NCBI GenBank assembly: GCA_029862165.1
Contig: JAOTXU010000006.1
Span: 69,960 to 133,959, forward strand
Direction of reading: 5' to 3'
Source: Gammaproteobacteria bacterium
GTDB taxonomy: Bacteria; Pseudomonadota; Gammaproteobacteria; Steroidobacterales; JABDKV01
DNA length: 64,000 bases
Below the pieces are notes generated by a model. The model was not told where the DNA came from. It ran no database searches and worked only from the letters and a program-made list of their open reading frames with translations. Every line of letters starts with the position of its first letter. The first letter of the stretch is position 1. A program made the position numbers and the translations under genes. Shown here in pieces: positions 29,920 through 40,541 of the stretch.

Positions 29920-30160
29920 CCAGTGCTGTATCCGTCTCGTTTGACGGCGAGAAATAGCTGGTAAATGCCGGCTCCACGCCAGACGCGACGCAATCGCGCC
30001 CAAAGCTGTTTCCCGCGGCCGGCTATTACATAAACCCTCTGCTTGTGCTTGTAGCTTCATTAAGTCAAGCAGAAACAAGCGCTAACGTGCGTTACTTCGC
30101 AGCAATTGTCTGTATCGCGGGTTAGAGTAGTACCTGCAGGCATCAGGGATAGATGAATAA

Positions 30161-31786
30161 ATGCAGGTTGGATTTCACGTCAGTAACCTGGTTCGCTTTG
30201 TGCGGATCAGAGCTCCCCAAAGCGACTTAACGGCAGCCTTGCCGCAAAATCCAGTTAATCCGCAAGACGCCGCGCAACTCAACCTCAACCGTCAACGGGT
30301 CAAGCACGCCACCAAGGCACTAAACGAGCTTGATGACTTGTTGGCCCGAGCGAAAATTCAACAGCGCTCGGGTACCGCCTCAGTCATTTCGCCCGGTCTG
30401 AACCTGGGTGTTATTGAAACCGCCGCGACACTCAACTCGACCGAGGAAATAAACACCGCAACGACCTCGTATACGCCATTCGGGCCGGTGTTCACCGGTG
30501 GTGGCGGATCCGACGCGCTGCCAACACTGTCCGGAGTGTATGACGGCTCCAACGGCGACGACACATTACGCTTCAAAGTCACCCGCACCGGCACGCATAC
30601 GGTCTCGCGGATCGACGTCAAGGTATACAACTCAGTCGGCGACAGGTTAGACACGATAAGGATCAATGCCAATCACCCACTGGACAGAGAATATACGCTC
30701 AGCAACGGTCTCATCTTCACCCTGGGCGCGGGCACGCTGGTGAAAAACGACGACTTCTATATGAATGTCTACGCCAACACGCCCAGCGCAGTCGATCCAG
30801 ACAAAGCCTTCGACGGCATACGTGACGATCGGCCTAACTTCGATCACGGGCTGGCCGTAACAGCGGGCTCCTTCGACGTAAACGGTGAGACCATCGATGT
30901 CTACGCCAATGACACGATCAACACGGTGGTTGACAGAATTACAGCATCGGCAGCCGGTGTCGATGCGGTCTACGACAACGCGAGCGAGACAGTGCAACTG
31001 ACGCAACGCAGTTTGGGTTCAGGAAACGATATTGTGCTCGACAATGACGACTCAGGGTTCCTGATTGCCGCCAAACTGGCAGGCCCGTCTACTCCCGGGC
31101 TGGATAAAGAATCTGGGATAGCATTGGACCAGACGAGCCGTTTCAGTAGCGTCACAAGTGGTGGGGTCCTGATAAACGGTTACAACTTCAATATCGATGT
31201 AACAACAGATTCACTGACTGACGTCATAACGATGATCAACGACGCCGACATCGGCGTGACCGCCAGCCTGTCTAACGGTCAGCGTTTCATACTCAGAGCA
31301 ATTGAGGGAATCTCAATTTCGCTGGACGATCAGGGCAGCCAGTTTTTCGACGCATTGGAGGTCGCGGAAAAAACCTATCGTGCGGTCGGCAGTTCAGGAC
31401 TATCACGTTCACGAACGTATCAAATCGCCGATGCAACGGCTTCTGCGGTTGATATCGTCAATGAAATCTTTAATCCGTCCGACAACCTCACCGGCACAGA
31501 CTCCCTGAATGGTCTGCGTGACAGTATCCTGAGCGCCGTGCGTATTGGCGCACCGGCCGGCGATTCTGCTGTAGGGCTTAGCTTTGCGGTTGATTCTGCC
31601 GTCGGACATCGATTTGCGTCTATTGATCGCCAGACTCTCACGCGTAGCCTGCGTAACAACCTCGGGGCCTCACAAAATTATTTTGGCGGCCTGATTACTG
31701 GGCTGCGCGGTGCTTTGGCCTCCTATGACGCCAATTTTGGTGATGCTGCCGTGGCCAGCGGCACGATGCTCAATACCAGCGCCTGA
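30161..31786 (+). CDS. Orphan flagellar cap (FliD)/hook-associated-like protein
   Basis: No signal peptide; helical termini; two Flagellin_IN-like segments (GSFDVNG...DTINTVVDRITASAAGVDA; GVLING...DSLTDVITMINDADIGVTA); Thr/Ser/Gly/Asn-rich, no Cys or Trp. Confidence 0.6.
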   Translation: MQVGFHVSNLVRFVRIRAPQSDLTAALPQNPVNPQDAAQLNLNRQRVKHATKALNELDDLLARAKIQQRSGTASVISPGLNLGVIETAATLNSTEEINTATTSYTPFGPVFTGGGGSDALPTLSGVYDGSNGDDTLRFKVTRTGTHTVSRIDVKVYNSVGDRLDTIRINANHPLDREYTLSNGLIFTLGAGTLVKNDDFYMNVYANTPSAVDPDKAFDGIRDDRPNFDHGLAVTAGSFDVNGETIDVYANDTINTVVDRITASAAGVDAVYDNASETVQLTQRSLGSGNDIVLDNDDSGFLIAAKLAGPSTPGLDKESGIALDQTSRFSSVTSGGVLINGYNFNIDVTTDSLTDVITMINDADIGVTASLSNGQRFILRAIEGISISLDDQGSQFFDALEVAEKTYRAVGSSGLSRSRTYQIADATASAVDIVNEIFNPSDNLTGTDSLNGLRDSILSAVRIGAPAGDSAVGLSFAVDSAVGHRFASIDRQTLTRSLRNNLGASQNYFGGLITGLRGALASYDANFGDAAVASGTMLNTSA

Positions 31787-31789
31787 TCC

Positions 31790-32062
31790 TTAGCCAGTCG
31801 TAAAACGAGCGGGTCGCTCGACAGAGACCTCTTCCGAAGTCAGCTCGGAAACCGAACTGGCCGGCGGACCATGCTGCAACCAGGCACCCATCTCAGCAAC
31901 ATTGTCCGGTTGTCCACACGCCAAAACTTCGACACGACCATCGGCAAGATTTCTTGCATAGCCAGTCAGTTCGAGTCTTTGTGCGACGCGCGCCGTGCTG
32001 GCACGGAAGAAAACGCCCTGAACCCTACCGCTCACCCAAAAACGGCAACAAAGCAAACTCAT
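31790..32062 (-). CDS. Acylphosphatase
   Basis: VSGRVQGVFFR, GYARNLADGRVE, GPPASSV. Confidence 0.95.
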   Translation of the reverse strand: MSLLCCRFWVSGRVQGVFFRASTARVAQRLELTGYARNLADGRVEVLACGQPDNVAEMGAWLQHGPPASSVSELTSEEVSVERPARFTTG

Positions 32063-32379
32063 CCAGGGTCGGGTGTTCCGTCAGTGGTTTGCAAGGCACG
32101 TATAGCCTGTAACTTCGCCGCCACCGCCGCTCGCCGTGCCTCACGAAATTCTTTTCGTTGCAATCTCTGCTCCGCCATGCTGAGCAGACGTTGCGCTTTT
32201 TCGAGTACATCGGGTGCTGTGTTTGCCGCACCCGCGTCTTGCGCCGCGGCTATGGCCTGACGGGCGTTGCTCATTTCCTGTACGGGCGCGGAAACACAGC
32301 CGAAAACTGACACGAGCACGGTCAGTATGACGGCGTACCGCCAGACGGTTTTGGGCGCAACCCCCACGGTCATAGACAT
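32059..32379 (-). CDS. DUF4398-like lipoprotein
   Basis: Lipobox VFGC; APVQEMSNARQAIAAA helical pattern. Confidence 0.75.
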   Translation of the reverse strand: MSMTVGVAPKTVWRYAVILTVLVSVFGCVSAPVQEMSNARQAIAAAQDAGAANTAPDVLEKAQRLLSMAEQRLQRKEFREARRAAVAAKLQAIRALQTTDGTPDPG

Positions 32380-32506
32380 AACCCTAAGATATGGATTTGT
32401 TTGACGAAATTGAACCTAGCAAGGCGGCTGTACCCCGTCAAGCACAGAGCTGTTGCACATGTGGATGAACTGGAAAAAACCGCTGACGAACATCACAATA
32501 GCCACC

Positions 32507-32854
32507 ATGTCTGCGACGCTATATCACAACCCGCGTTGTTCGAAATCCCGCGCTACGCTTGCGCTATTGCAGACGCGTGGGGTCGATCTGGACGTCGTGT
32601 TCTATCTGGATACCCCGCCGTCATGCGAGCAGTTACGAAAACTCATTGCGATGTTGAATATGTCGCCGCGCCAGCTCATGCGGACGGGCGAAAAAGAATA
32701 TCGCGAGCAAGGATTGGACGATCCAAAACTAGGCGACGATGAACTGATCGCAGCGCTACACAAGTTCCCAAAATTGATGGAACGCCCGATTCTTGTGATG
32801 AATGGGAAAGCCCGCATCGGGCGTCCGCCGGAATCAGTTATCGAGATTCTCTGA
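32507..32854 (+). CDS. arsC: Arsenate reductase (glutaredoxin)/ArsC family protein
   Basis: YHNPRCSKSR, LMERPI, RIGRPPE. Confidence 0.9.
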   Translation: MSATLYHNPRCSKSRATLALLQTRGVDLDVVFYLDTPPSCEQLRKLIAMLNMSPRQLMRTGEKEYREQGLDDPKLGDDELIAALHKFPKLMERPILVMNGKARIGRPPESVIEIL

Positions 32855-33544
32855 CGATCGCTCAAGCACCTGTTTGACAAACGGAACTGTCACGCGGCGT
32901 TGTGCACGCAGGGACGCATTGTCCAGTTTGTCGAGCACGGCGAATAGCGAACTGAGGTCCCGCGGATAACGAGACATCAGGTATCGGCCTGTTTCATCCG
33001 GCAATTCAAAACCGCGCTCGCTAGAACGCACGCGCAGAGCTTCCAGTCTTTCTTCGTCTGTGAGTGACTTTAGTTTGTACACCGGCCCGGAACTCATGCG
33101 GGACGCCAGATCGCGCAAAGCAAAATTAGTCGCGCGCGGACTCGAAGCGGCAGACGCCAACATCACATTGCCATTGTCACGCATAGTATTAAAAAGCTGG
33201 AACAACGCCGCTTCCCATCGCGCCGATCCGGCAAGGCGGTCGACATCATCTATCGCGATAAGGTTTTTTCCTCCCCACTCGGCGATAGCATCTGAGGACA
33301 GGTCAGGCGTGCGGCTGGCCGCTAGAAAAGCCGCCTCACCGCCGGAATCGATGACGTGACGGCAGGCAGCAAGCAACAAGTGGCTCTTGCCCACCGCGGC
33401 TGCACCGTGTAGCCAGAATACCGGGTCGGCGCGGTCGCGCGCATGTGAAATCACAGCGTTCAAAGTCTCGCTGTTACGACCCCTGACAAAATTTGAAAAT
33501 TCAGCCTGATCGGGCAGGCGAACATCTAGTATCAATTGATCCAT
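32834..33544 (-). CDS. hda: DnaA regulatory inactivator Hda
   Basis: QLILD clamp motif, GKSHLL, IDDV, DLASRM, VTVPFVK. Confidence 0.93.
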   Translation of the reverse strand: MDQLILDVRLPDQAEFSNFVRGRNSETLNAVISHARDRADPVFWLHGAAAVGKSHLLLAACRHVIDSGGEAAFLAASRTPDLSSDAIAEWGGKNLIAIDDVDRLAGSARWEAALFQLFNTMRDNGNVMLASAASSPRATNFALRDLASRMSSGPVYKLKSLTDEERLEALRVRSSERGFELPDETGRYLMSRYPRDLSSLFAVLDKLDNASLRAQRRVTVPFVKQVLERSSENLDN

Positions 33545-34611
33545 CAGACGTCGGGTGCGGTTTCAGTATCGTACAGTCGAGGAAAAAAATAATGTTGATA
33601 AGCAAAACGGGCAACGACCGAGCCCACTGCTGCGGCCGGTAACGCCAGCAGCACGCCAAAGAAACCAAATAACTGTCCGCCTGCCATGACCGCGAATATA
33701 ACGAGCACCGGGTGGAGACCGATGCGATCGCCTACCAACCGTGGTGTCAGAAACATGGCTTCAATCAACTGGGCTACCACAAACACTATTACCACACCGA
33801 TCAGCGCGGCAAGACTCTGCACCTGTGCGACGGCCGCCAGGCCAGCCAACAACAAACCGACAATCAAACCCAGGTACGGAACGAAGCTGACGATACCTGA
33901 CACAACGCCAATCGCCAGCGCGTAATCTATACCGACTGCCCACAATCCGACCGAGTAAAGCGTCGCCAACGCCAGCATAACGAGCACCTGACCACGCAAG
34001 AAACCTCCCAGCGCCTTGTCGGCCTCCGCGGCAACCGCCAGTACTTTTTTCTTGCTACGTGTCGGCAGGAGCTCGCCAATGGCAGCAATCATTCGATCCC
34101 AGTCCCGCAACAGATAAAAAGTCAGCACCGGGAGCAGTAGCAGATTGACAAACAGGCCGACCAGCGCGGCGCCCGAACGCGTTACGCGTGCCAGCGCCTC
34201 ACCGATCCAGGTTGCCGCCGATGATCCATACTCGGCCAAGAACGGCCCCAATCCCAGATTTCCACCCTCGACTTCGAAACCGGTCCATTTCATCACGAGC
34301 GGTAATATCTGGCTTTCCACCCACTGCACGTAACCGGGCAAACGCTCGAACAAGGCACTGGCTTGTGTGCGCACCAATGGCGCGACCAATATGACTACGG
34401 CGCTTAGTACGATAGTCAGAAGGATAAAAAATAAGACGACGGAAAGAGCGCGCGACAGTTTTAGTTTTTCGAAACTGTCAACCAAAGGATCACCGATATA
34501 GGCGATCAGGAAGGCTGCAACAAATGGCGTGAGGATCGGTGCCAGCAGGAAGACCAGCCATCCAACCGCAACTACAATTAGGAGATTCGTCAGACGATCG
34601 TCGGCGATCAT
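33544..34611 (-). CDS. AI-2E family transporter
   Basis: Multiple TM helices, FLRGQ, LTPRLVGDRIGLHP. Confidence 0.9.
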   Translation of the reverse strand: MIADDRLTNLLIVVAVGWLVFLLAPILTPFVAAFLIAYIGDPLVDSFEKLKLSRALSVVLFFILLTIVLSAVVILVAPLVRTQASALFERLPGYVQWVESQILPLVMKWTGFEVEGGNLGLGPFLAEYGSSAATWIGEALARVTRSGAALVGLFVNLLLLPVLTFYLLRDWDRMIAAIGELLPTRSKKKVLAVAAEADKALGGFLRGQVLVMLALATLYSVGLWAVGIDYALAIGVVSGIVSFVPYLGLIVGLLLAGLAAVAQVQSLAALIGVVIVFVVAQLIEAMFLTPRLVGDRIGLHPVLVIFAVMAGGQLFGFFGVLLALPAAAVGSVVARFAYQHYFFPRLYDTETAPDV

Positions 34612-35162
34612 GCTTTTTCCCCACCACTAAGCGCCAGCAGCGTCCATCCCCGTACATAGTGCATGCCGCTGACGACAGCGGTCACGAATACCAGGCTGCC
34701 GAGTATAGACACCGTCAAACTGTTGGGAAACGAAAAAACAGCGCTGGCGAGCACGGCAGTGACAAAAAGGAGTTGCAGTGCGGTGTTCAGCTTGCTCACA
34801 GTTGATGCCTGCCCATGGAATGGTCCTACGACCAAGCGATAACTAATCGCGCCGACGACGATAATGGTGTCGCGACCGACCAGTACGGCTGTCAGCCAAA
34901 ATGGTATCAGTCCGGCCAGCGTCAATGAGATCAATACAGTCACCATCAGCAGTTTGTCGGCGACAGGATCAAGAATACCGCCCAGCTCGCTGCGCCAATC
35001 AAATTGGCGCGCGAGAAATCCGTCCAGCCCGTCAGTGAACCCGGCAATCACGAACAACAACAACGCAACATCGTAGCGACCGCCGGTGATAGCCCACAAA
35101 ACCGGGGCGACCAGCAGAATTCGAAAGATGCAGAGTGCGTTCGGAATGTAGGCTAGTTTCAC
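34608..35162 (-). CDS. CDP-alcohol phosphatidyltransferase family protein
   Basis: IPNAL..R, DGLDGFLAR...GGILDPVADK. Confidence 0.88.
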   Translation of the reverse strand: MKLAYIPNALCIFRILLVAPVLWAITGGRYDVALLLFVIAGFTDGLDGFLARQFDWRSELGGILDPVADKLLMVTVLISLTLAGLIPFWLTAVLVGRDTIIVVGAISYRLVVGPFHGQASTVSKLNTALQLLFVTAVLASAVFSFPNSLTVSILGSLVFVTAVVSGMHYVRGWTLLALSGGEKA

Positions 35163-36184
35163 GGATTGTAGCGATAGCGTTGCTCGGCGCTCAGAGCAAT
35201 ACTCGGTGTTTCCTCTGTGGCGAGCCTACGCAAGGTGTCATTGAGATCGATTATACGCGGCAATCTGGAAGGGTCACCCTGTAACTGCAAATCGAATACG
35301 ACCGTGTCACCGGCGATACGCTGAATCCCGAGGTGGCGCACCAATGACAGGCTCTCCAGATAATCCGATACCCGCGCATAGTCGCCGAGACTGCTGATTC
35401 CCGTCACTGCAAGCGTCGTCCCGCTGCTGGTACCCAGATCGCTGACGGCAAAACGTTGCCCTAGTCTGTCGGCAACCTGGTGAATACCGTCACTTAGGCC
35501 ACCACGCCATTCATCTGTCAGCTCGCCCATGTCCAGTTTCCAACGCACTTGCAAACGCGAGCTCGAACCACGACTGGCTCGCCCGACCAGAACACCACTG
35601 ACATCGTAACGAACGGACGCCGCTTCGATTTTTTCCGTAAACCCGCCCCACAGATCGCTAAATGACATTGCTGCGCGGTCAGTGCTGTCGAACAACGGCC
35701 AAACGATGGCCAGTCCGCGACTGCCGGCGATCCGTTCGATCGATCGCCGCAGGTCGGTTTCTTCATCGGCAGTGATCAAGCCACGGCTGCCACTGCCCCA
35801 ATCTACGGCGAACCACATCAGGATAGCCGGCCGGTTACTGCCCCACACCGGTAGCCCGGCGGCTCGAGCCATCCGTTCAACGGCCTCACCGTCAAATGCT
35901 GCCCAGAGCGTCTTATCAGCTGTGTAGCGATACTGTTGCAGCAGGCCCGGCGCAGACTCGAGCAAATCAACCACATCAGGGTCGCTGGCCACGGCGCGGT
36001 CACCGGTGACCTTAACCAATACGGCAGCCAGACAATTCTTGAATGCCTGCTGGCGAACTTCTTCGGACCGGTCACTCACGGGGACGGCGGCGGCGTACAA
36101 ATCGGGCACAGTGGCCGCCCCGGCGAGGCTATGAAGGCCAAAGCACAACACGGCAAGGATTTGTGGCCGGTACAGGGTTATCAT
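35159..36184 (-). CDS. DUF2066 family periplasmic protein
   Basis: Signal peptide, VLVKVTG, LPVWGSNRP; usual position divergent from purM. Confidence 0.85.
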   Translation of the reverse strand: MITLYRPQILAVLCFGLHSLAGAATVPDLYAAAVPVSDRSEEVRQQAFKNCLAAVLVKVTGDRAVASDPDVVDLLESAPGLLQQYRYTADKTLWAAFDGEAVERMARAAGLPVWGSNRPAILMWFAVDWGSGSRGLITADEETDLRRSIERIAGSRGLAIVWPLFDSTDRAAMSFSDLWGGFTEKIEAASVRYDVSGVLVGRASRGSSSRLQVRWKLDMGELTDEWRGGLSDGIHQVADRLGQRFAVSDLGTSSGTTLAVTGISSLGDYARVSDYLESLSLVRHLGIQRIAGDTVVFDLQLQGDPSRLPRIIDLNDTLRRLATEETPSIALSAEQRYRYNP

Positions 36185-36283
36185 TGTGCTACTGAAAACT
36201 TATGGGTCTCTAGTGTGGGACATGCCAGAAGCGCTTTGGCGCCGTTAAAATAGCACATATCGCAGTCGACCAGCCGCGCAAAC

Positions 36284-37321
36284 ATGACAGCCAGAAAACC
36301 AAACCTCAGCTACCGCGACGCGGGAGTGGATATCGATGCGGGCAATCGCTTGGTAGAGCGTATCCGCGCCAGCGTGTCGCGCACGAACCGGCCCGAAGTA
36401 TTGGGTGGTCTGGGTGGCTTTGGCGGATTGTTTGAGCTCGATGTGACACGTTATCGCAAACCCGTGCTAGTGGGTGCCACAGATGGCGTCGGCACAAAAC
36501 TCAAACTGGCATTACAAACGAATATACATACCGGCATAGGCGTCGATCTGGTTGCGATGTGTGTCAACGACATTATCGTGCAGGGCGCCGAGCCACTGTT
36601 TTTTCTGGACTACTACGCCACCGGCAAACTCGATGTAGATACCGCAGCCACGGTTATCAAAAGCATCGCGACTGGTTGTGAACTGGCGGGTGCGGCACTA
36701 ATCGGCGGCGAAACTGCCGAGATGCCTGGCCTGTACCACGATGACGACTATGATCTGGCTGGCTTTTGCGTCGGTGTCGTCGAGCGCGACAGGCTACTTG
36801 ATGGCGCACAAATACGTTCAGGTGATGTACTCATCGGTCTGGCTTCGTCCGGTCCGCACTCCAACGGCTACTCATTGATTCGACGCGTCATAGCCGACAA
36901 CGGATCCGACCTAAATCAAGAGTGCGGCGAGCGTGCACTGGTTGAACAACTCATGGAGCCTACCCGAATTTACGTACGCTCCATGCTCACCCTACTGACC
37001 CAAATACCGGTACACGGTATCGCACACATTACCGGTGGCGGACTGACCGAAAATCTGCCGCGCATTCTGCCGGAGGGGCTCACCGCGCGTGTTGACACCA
37101 ATACCTGGAGCAAACCCGCCGTTTTTCAATGGATACAACAAACCGGTGGCATCGCAGACAGTGAAATGTTGCTCACTTTCAATTGTGGCGTCGGCATGAT
37201 TCTCGTTGTCGCCGAGGAACTTGTGGACGCCACCCTGGCACTCTTGTCGCAGCAGGGCGAACAGGCCTGGCGACTAGGCGATATCACCACGGGCGACAGC
37301 GGTGTGGAATTCACGCGGTGA
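36284..37321 (+). CDS. purM: Phosphoribosylformylglycinamidine cyclo-ligase
   Basis: [37 protein letters not shown]. Confidence 0.97.
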   Translation: MTARKPNLSYRDAGVDIDAGNRLVERIRASVSRTNRPEVLGGLGGFGGLFELDVTRYRKPVLVGATDGVGTKLKLALQTNIHTGIGVDLVAMCVNDIIVQGAEPLFFLDYYATGKLDVDTAATVIKSIATGCELAGAALIGGETAEMPGLYHDDDYDLAGFCVGVVERDRLLDGAQIRSGDVLIGLASSGPHSNGYSLIRRVIADNGSDLNQECGERALVEQLMEPTRIYVRSMLTLLTQIPVHGIAHITGGGLTENLPRILPEGLTARVDTNTWSKPAVFQWIQQTGGIADSEMLLTFNCGVGMILVVAEELVDATLALLSQQGEQAWRLGDITTGDSGVEFTR

Positions 37322-37962
37322 GGGGGGTCGTCCTGATATCCGGCTCGGGCAGCAATTTGCAGTCATTAATTGACACCTCAGAACAGAGCAAAATGGACAT
37401 ACGTGCCGTGTTCAGCGATCAGGCAGAGGCGTACGGTCTGGAACGAGCACGGACCGCGCATGTGCCGGCACATTTTGTGGATCCTGGCCAGTACGCCGGC
37501 CGCGAGGAATTCGATCGCGAGTTACAGGGACAGATCGATGCCTATGAACCGCAATTGCTACTGCTGGCCGGTTTCATGCGCATCCTCAGCCCACAATTCG
37601 TCAATCATTTTGCCGGACACATATTGAATATCCATCCCTCGCTGTTGCCACGGTACCGTGGCCTGCACACTCACCGACGCGTCCTGGAGGCCGGTGACCG
37701 GCAGCACGGCTGCAGCATACATTTCGTCACAGACGAACTGGACGGCGGCCCGTTGATTGCGCAGGCCCAGATAGATGTGCTGGCCCAGGACGATGAAACC
37801 ACCCTTTCAGCGCGGGTTCAGCAGCGGGAGCATAAGCTGTATCCGCTGGTTGTGAGCTGGTTTGCCACCGAACGGCTACGGACGCATGACGGGGTGGCCT
37901 GGCTCGATGGCGAACCCCTGTCCAAACCAGTGGTCTATGCTCAAGACGAGGAGATTCGATGA
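37318..37962 (+). CDS. purN: Phosphoribosylglycinamide formyltransferase
   Basis: [31 protein letters not shown]. Start GTG 37318. Confidence 0.96.
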   Translation: MRGVVLISGSGSNLQSLIDTSEQSKMDIRAVFSDQAEAYGLERARTAHVPAHFVDPGQYAGREEFDRELQGQIDAYEPQLLLLAGFMRILSPQFVNHFAGHILNIHPSLLPRYRGLHTHRRVLEAGDRQHGCSIHFVTDELDGGPLIAQAQIDVLAQDDETTLSARVQQREHKLYPLVVSWFATERLRTHDGVAWLDGEPLSKPVVYAQDEEIR

Positions 37963-38648
37963 GAACAGTGCTGCTGACATTGCTGATACTGCCATTGCAC
38001 GTGGCGGCGGCTGACATAGAGCCATTTACGGCACATTACGATCTCCGCTTTTCCGGACTCGCCGGTGTAGCGGTTACCACATTGAGTCAGGATGGCGAAG
38101 GCAGCTTTGTCCTGGAAAACCGTACTCGGGCGAAGGGACTGGCACGTCTTGCGCGACCGCGTGATGCCATCGAGCGCAGCGAGTTCGTTGTTGATACTGA
38201 CCGATTGAAGCCGGTGTCGTTCTTATCCAAAGACGGTACTAAACGCAATAAGCGTGGTAGCAGTATCGATTTTGACTGGTCGGCAAGTAGTGCCAACACG
38301 CAATACAAAGGCGAGACACGCACACTCAATCTGGAAGACGGCATGCTCGATCGCCAGCTCCTGCAAATTGCCATGATGTCCGATCTTTCCAACGGTGTCA
38401 CGGATACCAGCTATACCGTAATCGATCGGCACAGCACAAAAACCTACGCGATCTCAGTGCTCGCAAGAGAAACTATCGAAGTGCCTGCAGGCAGCTATGA
38501 CGTCGTCAAGATTAGGCGTGAGCGTGCCGGATCAAGTCGCTCTTCGATATTGTGGTGTGCGCCCTCGCTGGGATACGTCACAGTAAAAATGCAACAACTC
38601 AAGGATGGCAAGGTCATCGGCACCCTGTCGCTGACAGAAATCAGCTAA
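37959..38648 (+). CDS. DUF3108 family secreted protein
   Basis: Signal peptide, beta-rich, E.I.VPAG.Y; follows purN as commonly seen. Confidence 0.8.
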   Translation: MRTVLLTLLILPLHVAAADIEPFTAHYDLRFSGLAGVAVTTLSQDGEGSFVLENRTRAKGLARLARPRDAIERSEFVVDTDRLKPVSFLSKDGTKRNKRGSSIDFDWSASSANTQYKGETRTLNLEDGMLDRQLLQIAMMSDLSNGVTDTSYTVIDRHSTKTYAISVLARETIEVPAGSYDVVKIRRERAGSSRSSILWCAPSLGYVTVKMQQLKDGKVIGTLSLTEIS

Positions 38649-38654
38649 TTCAAC

Positions 38655-39221
38655 TCAGGATCGCGGCAGCGTCACGCCGGTCTGGCCCTGGTATTTTCCT
38701 TGCCGGTCCCCGTACGACACCTTGCAGTCCTCATCCGACTCAATAAAGATCATCTGCGCGACACCTTCGTTAGCATAGATTTTTGCCGGTAGCGGCGTGG
38801 TATTGGAAAACTCCAGCGTGACGTGACCTTCCCACTCCGGTTCCAACGGCGTCACATTGACGATAATTCCGCAGCGCGCATAGGTACTCTTGCCCAGGCA
38901 AATTGTGAGAACGTTGCGTGGAATACGAAAGTATTCAATCGTATGCGCCAGCGCGAATGAATTCGGTGGGATAACACAGATATCACCGGACATGTCTACA
39001 AAACTTCTTTCGTCGAATGCTTTCGGATCGACCATTGCCGTATGAATATTTGTGAAAACTTTGAAATCCGGCGCGCAACGTACATCGTATCCGTAACTGG
39101 AGAGACCGAAGGAGATAGCCTTGCCGCCGGTAGTTTCTCGCACTTGTTGTGATTCGAACGGCTCGATCAGGCCATGCTCTTTGGCCATTCGTTCGATCCA
39201 ACGGTCTGACTTGATAGTCAT
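38655..39221 (-). CDS. dcd: dCTP deaminase
   Basis: [29 protein letters not shown]. Confidence 0.96.
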   Translation of the reverse strand: MTIKSDRWIERMAKEHGLIEPFESQQVRETTGGKAISFGLSSYGYDVRCAPDFKVFTNIHTAMVDPKAFDERSFVDMSGDICVIPPNSFALAHTIEYFRIPRNVLTICLGKSTYARCGIIVNVTPLEPEWEGHVTLEFSNTTPLPAKIYANEGVAQMIFIESDEDCKVSYGDRQGKYQGQTGVTLPRS

Positions 39222-39223
39222 AC

Positions 39224-40312
39224 TCAGTCCTCTACCACGATCTTCGGAAATAGCTGGCTATAATCACGTGTCTTTTCGGCGAGACGGGCAGAGATTCCAC
39301 GCGCGATGTCGAAATACGCAGCAGCCAGATCACTATCGGGATCCGACACAATCGTTGGCTGACCGGAGTCCACTTGCTGACGAATACGAATATCCAGTGG
39401 CAACGCTCCCAGGAATGGCACGTCATACTCCGCAGCCATGCGCTCTCCACCACCGGCATCGAACACATGTTCTTCATGGCCGCACTGGGAACAAACGTGG
39501 GTCGACATATTCTCCACAACACCCAATACGTTGACCTCGACTTTTTCGAACATGCGCAATCCCTTACGCGCGTCTAGCAAGGCGATGTCCTGTGGTGTCG
39601 TTACAATGACCGCCCCGCTGACGGGAACCTGCTGCGATAATGTCAGCTGTGTATCGCCCGTACCTGGTGGCATGTCGACGATCAGATAATCCAATTGGCC
39701 CCAGTTTGTGTCATTTATCAGCTGATTCAGGGCCTGGGTCACCATCGGTCCACGCCAAACCATCGGTTGATCTTCGTTGATGAGAAACCCGACTGACATG
39801 CAGACAACACCGTGCGCTTCCAGTGGTTCCAGACTCTTGCCATCACGGCTTTCTGGCCGTGCACCGGGAATACCCAGCATCCGCGGCTGGCTGGGGCCAT
39901 AAATATCGGCGTCCAGGATACCGACGCGGGCACCGTCCGCGGCCATTGCCAACGCAATGTTGACTGCCGTCGTGGATTTACCGACTCCGCCTTTGGCGGA
40001 AGCGACCGCGATAATATTACCTACACCGGGCAAAGGCTTTAGCTGTCCCTGTACCGCATGCGACACAATTTCAGTTTTGATCTCCACGCACACTTCGTTC
40101 ACATCAGGTAACGTTTCCAGTCGGCTTTTCACGCCATCAACGAGCGCGGGATGATAGCGGTCCGCGGCAAAACCGAGCTTGATGCGCAGCGTGACCACCG
40201 GACCGTCAATCTGCAGGTCCTCGATGACGCCACCTGTCACCAGATCGGTGCCCAGATAGGGATCGACGAGATCGCTTAGCGCGGCCTCTATTTGCTTGCG
40301 AGTTGTGCCCAC
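39224..40312 (-). CDS. apbC: Fe-S cluster carrier ATPase ApbC/Mrp
   Basis: [35 protein letters not shown]. Confidence 0.96.
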   Translation of the reverse strand: MGTTRKQIEAALSDLVDPYLGTDLVTGGVIEDLQIDGPVVTLRIKLGFAADRYHPALVDGVKSRLETLPDVNEVCVEIKTEIVSHAVQGQLKPLPGVGNIIAVASAKGGVGKSTTAVNIALAMAADGARVGILDADIYGPSQPRMLGIPGARPESRDGKSLEPLEAHGVVCMSVGFLINEDQPMVWRGPMVTQALNQLINDTNWGQLDYLIVDMPPGTGDTQLTLSQQVPVSGAVIVTTPQDIALLDARKGLRMFEKVEVNVLGVVENMSTHVCSQCGHEEHVFDAGGGERMAAEYDVPFLGALPLDIRIRQQVDSGQPTIVSDPDSDLAAAYFDIARGISARLAEKTRDYSQLFPKIVVED

Positions 40313-40541
40313 AGGTGCCTCTGGAACGGGATTGTCCTCGGATTGGAGACTTACAGAGCGCTGTTGTCAATCTGAGCACCCGGCCGGTCAGACAATAGCG
40401 TCTACAGTCGCTTGCGTTACTATGTAGAATACGGTTCGCTGAAACTCGCGACCACGCTGCCCCGATAGGGCTGCGGTGTTCAGAGATCAGGCGCTGCGCA
40501 CAGGCAGCTAAGCACATTGGAGATGCCAGGATCGCCCCGCG

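Noticed and set aside
29920-30160. Sigma-28 promoter for the FliD-like gene
   Set aside because: No adequate match to TAAA-N15-GCCGATAA.
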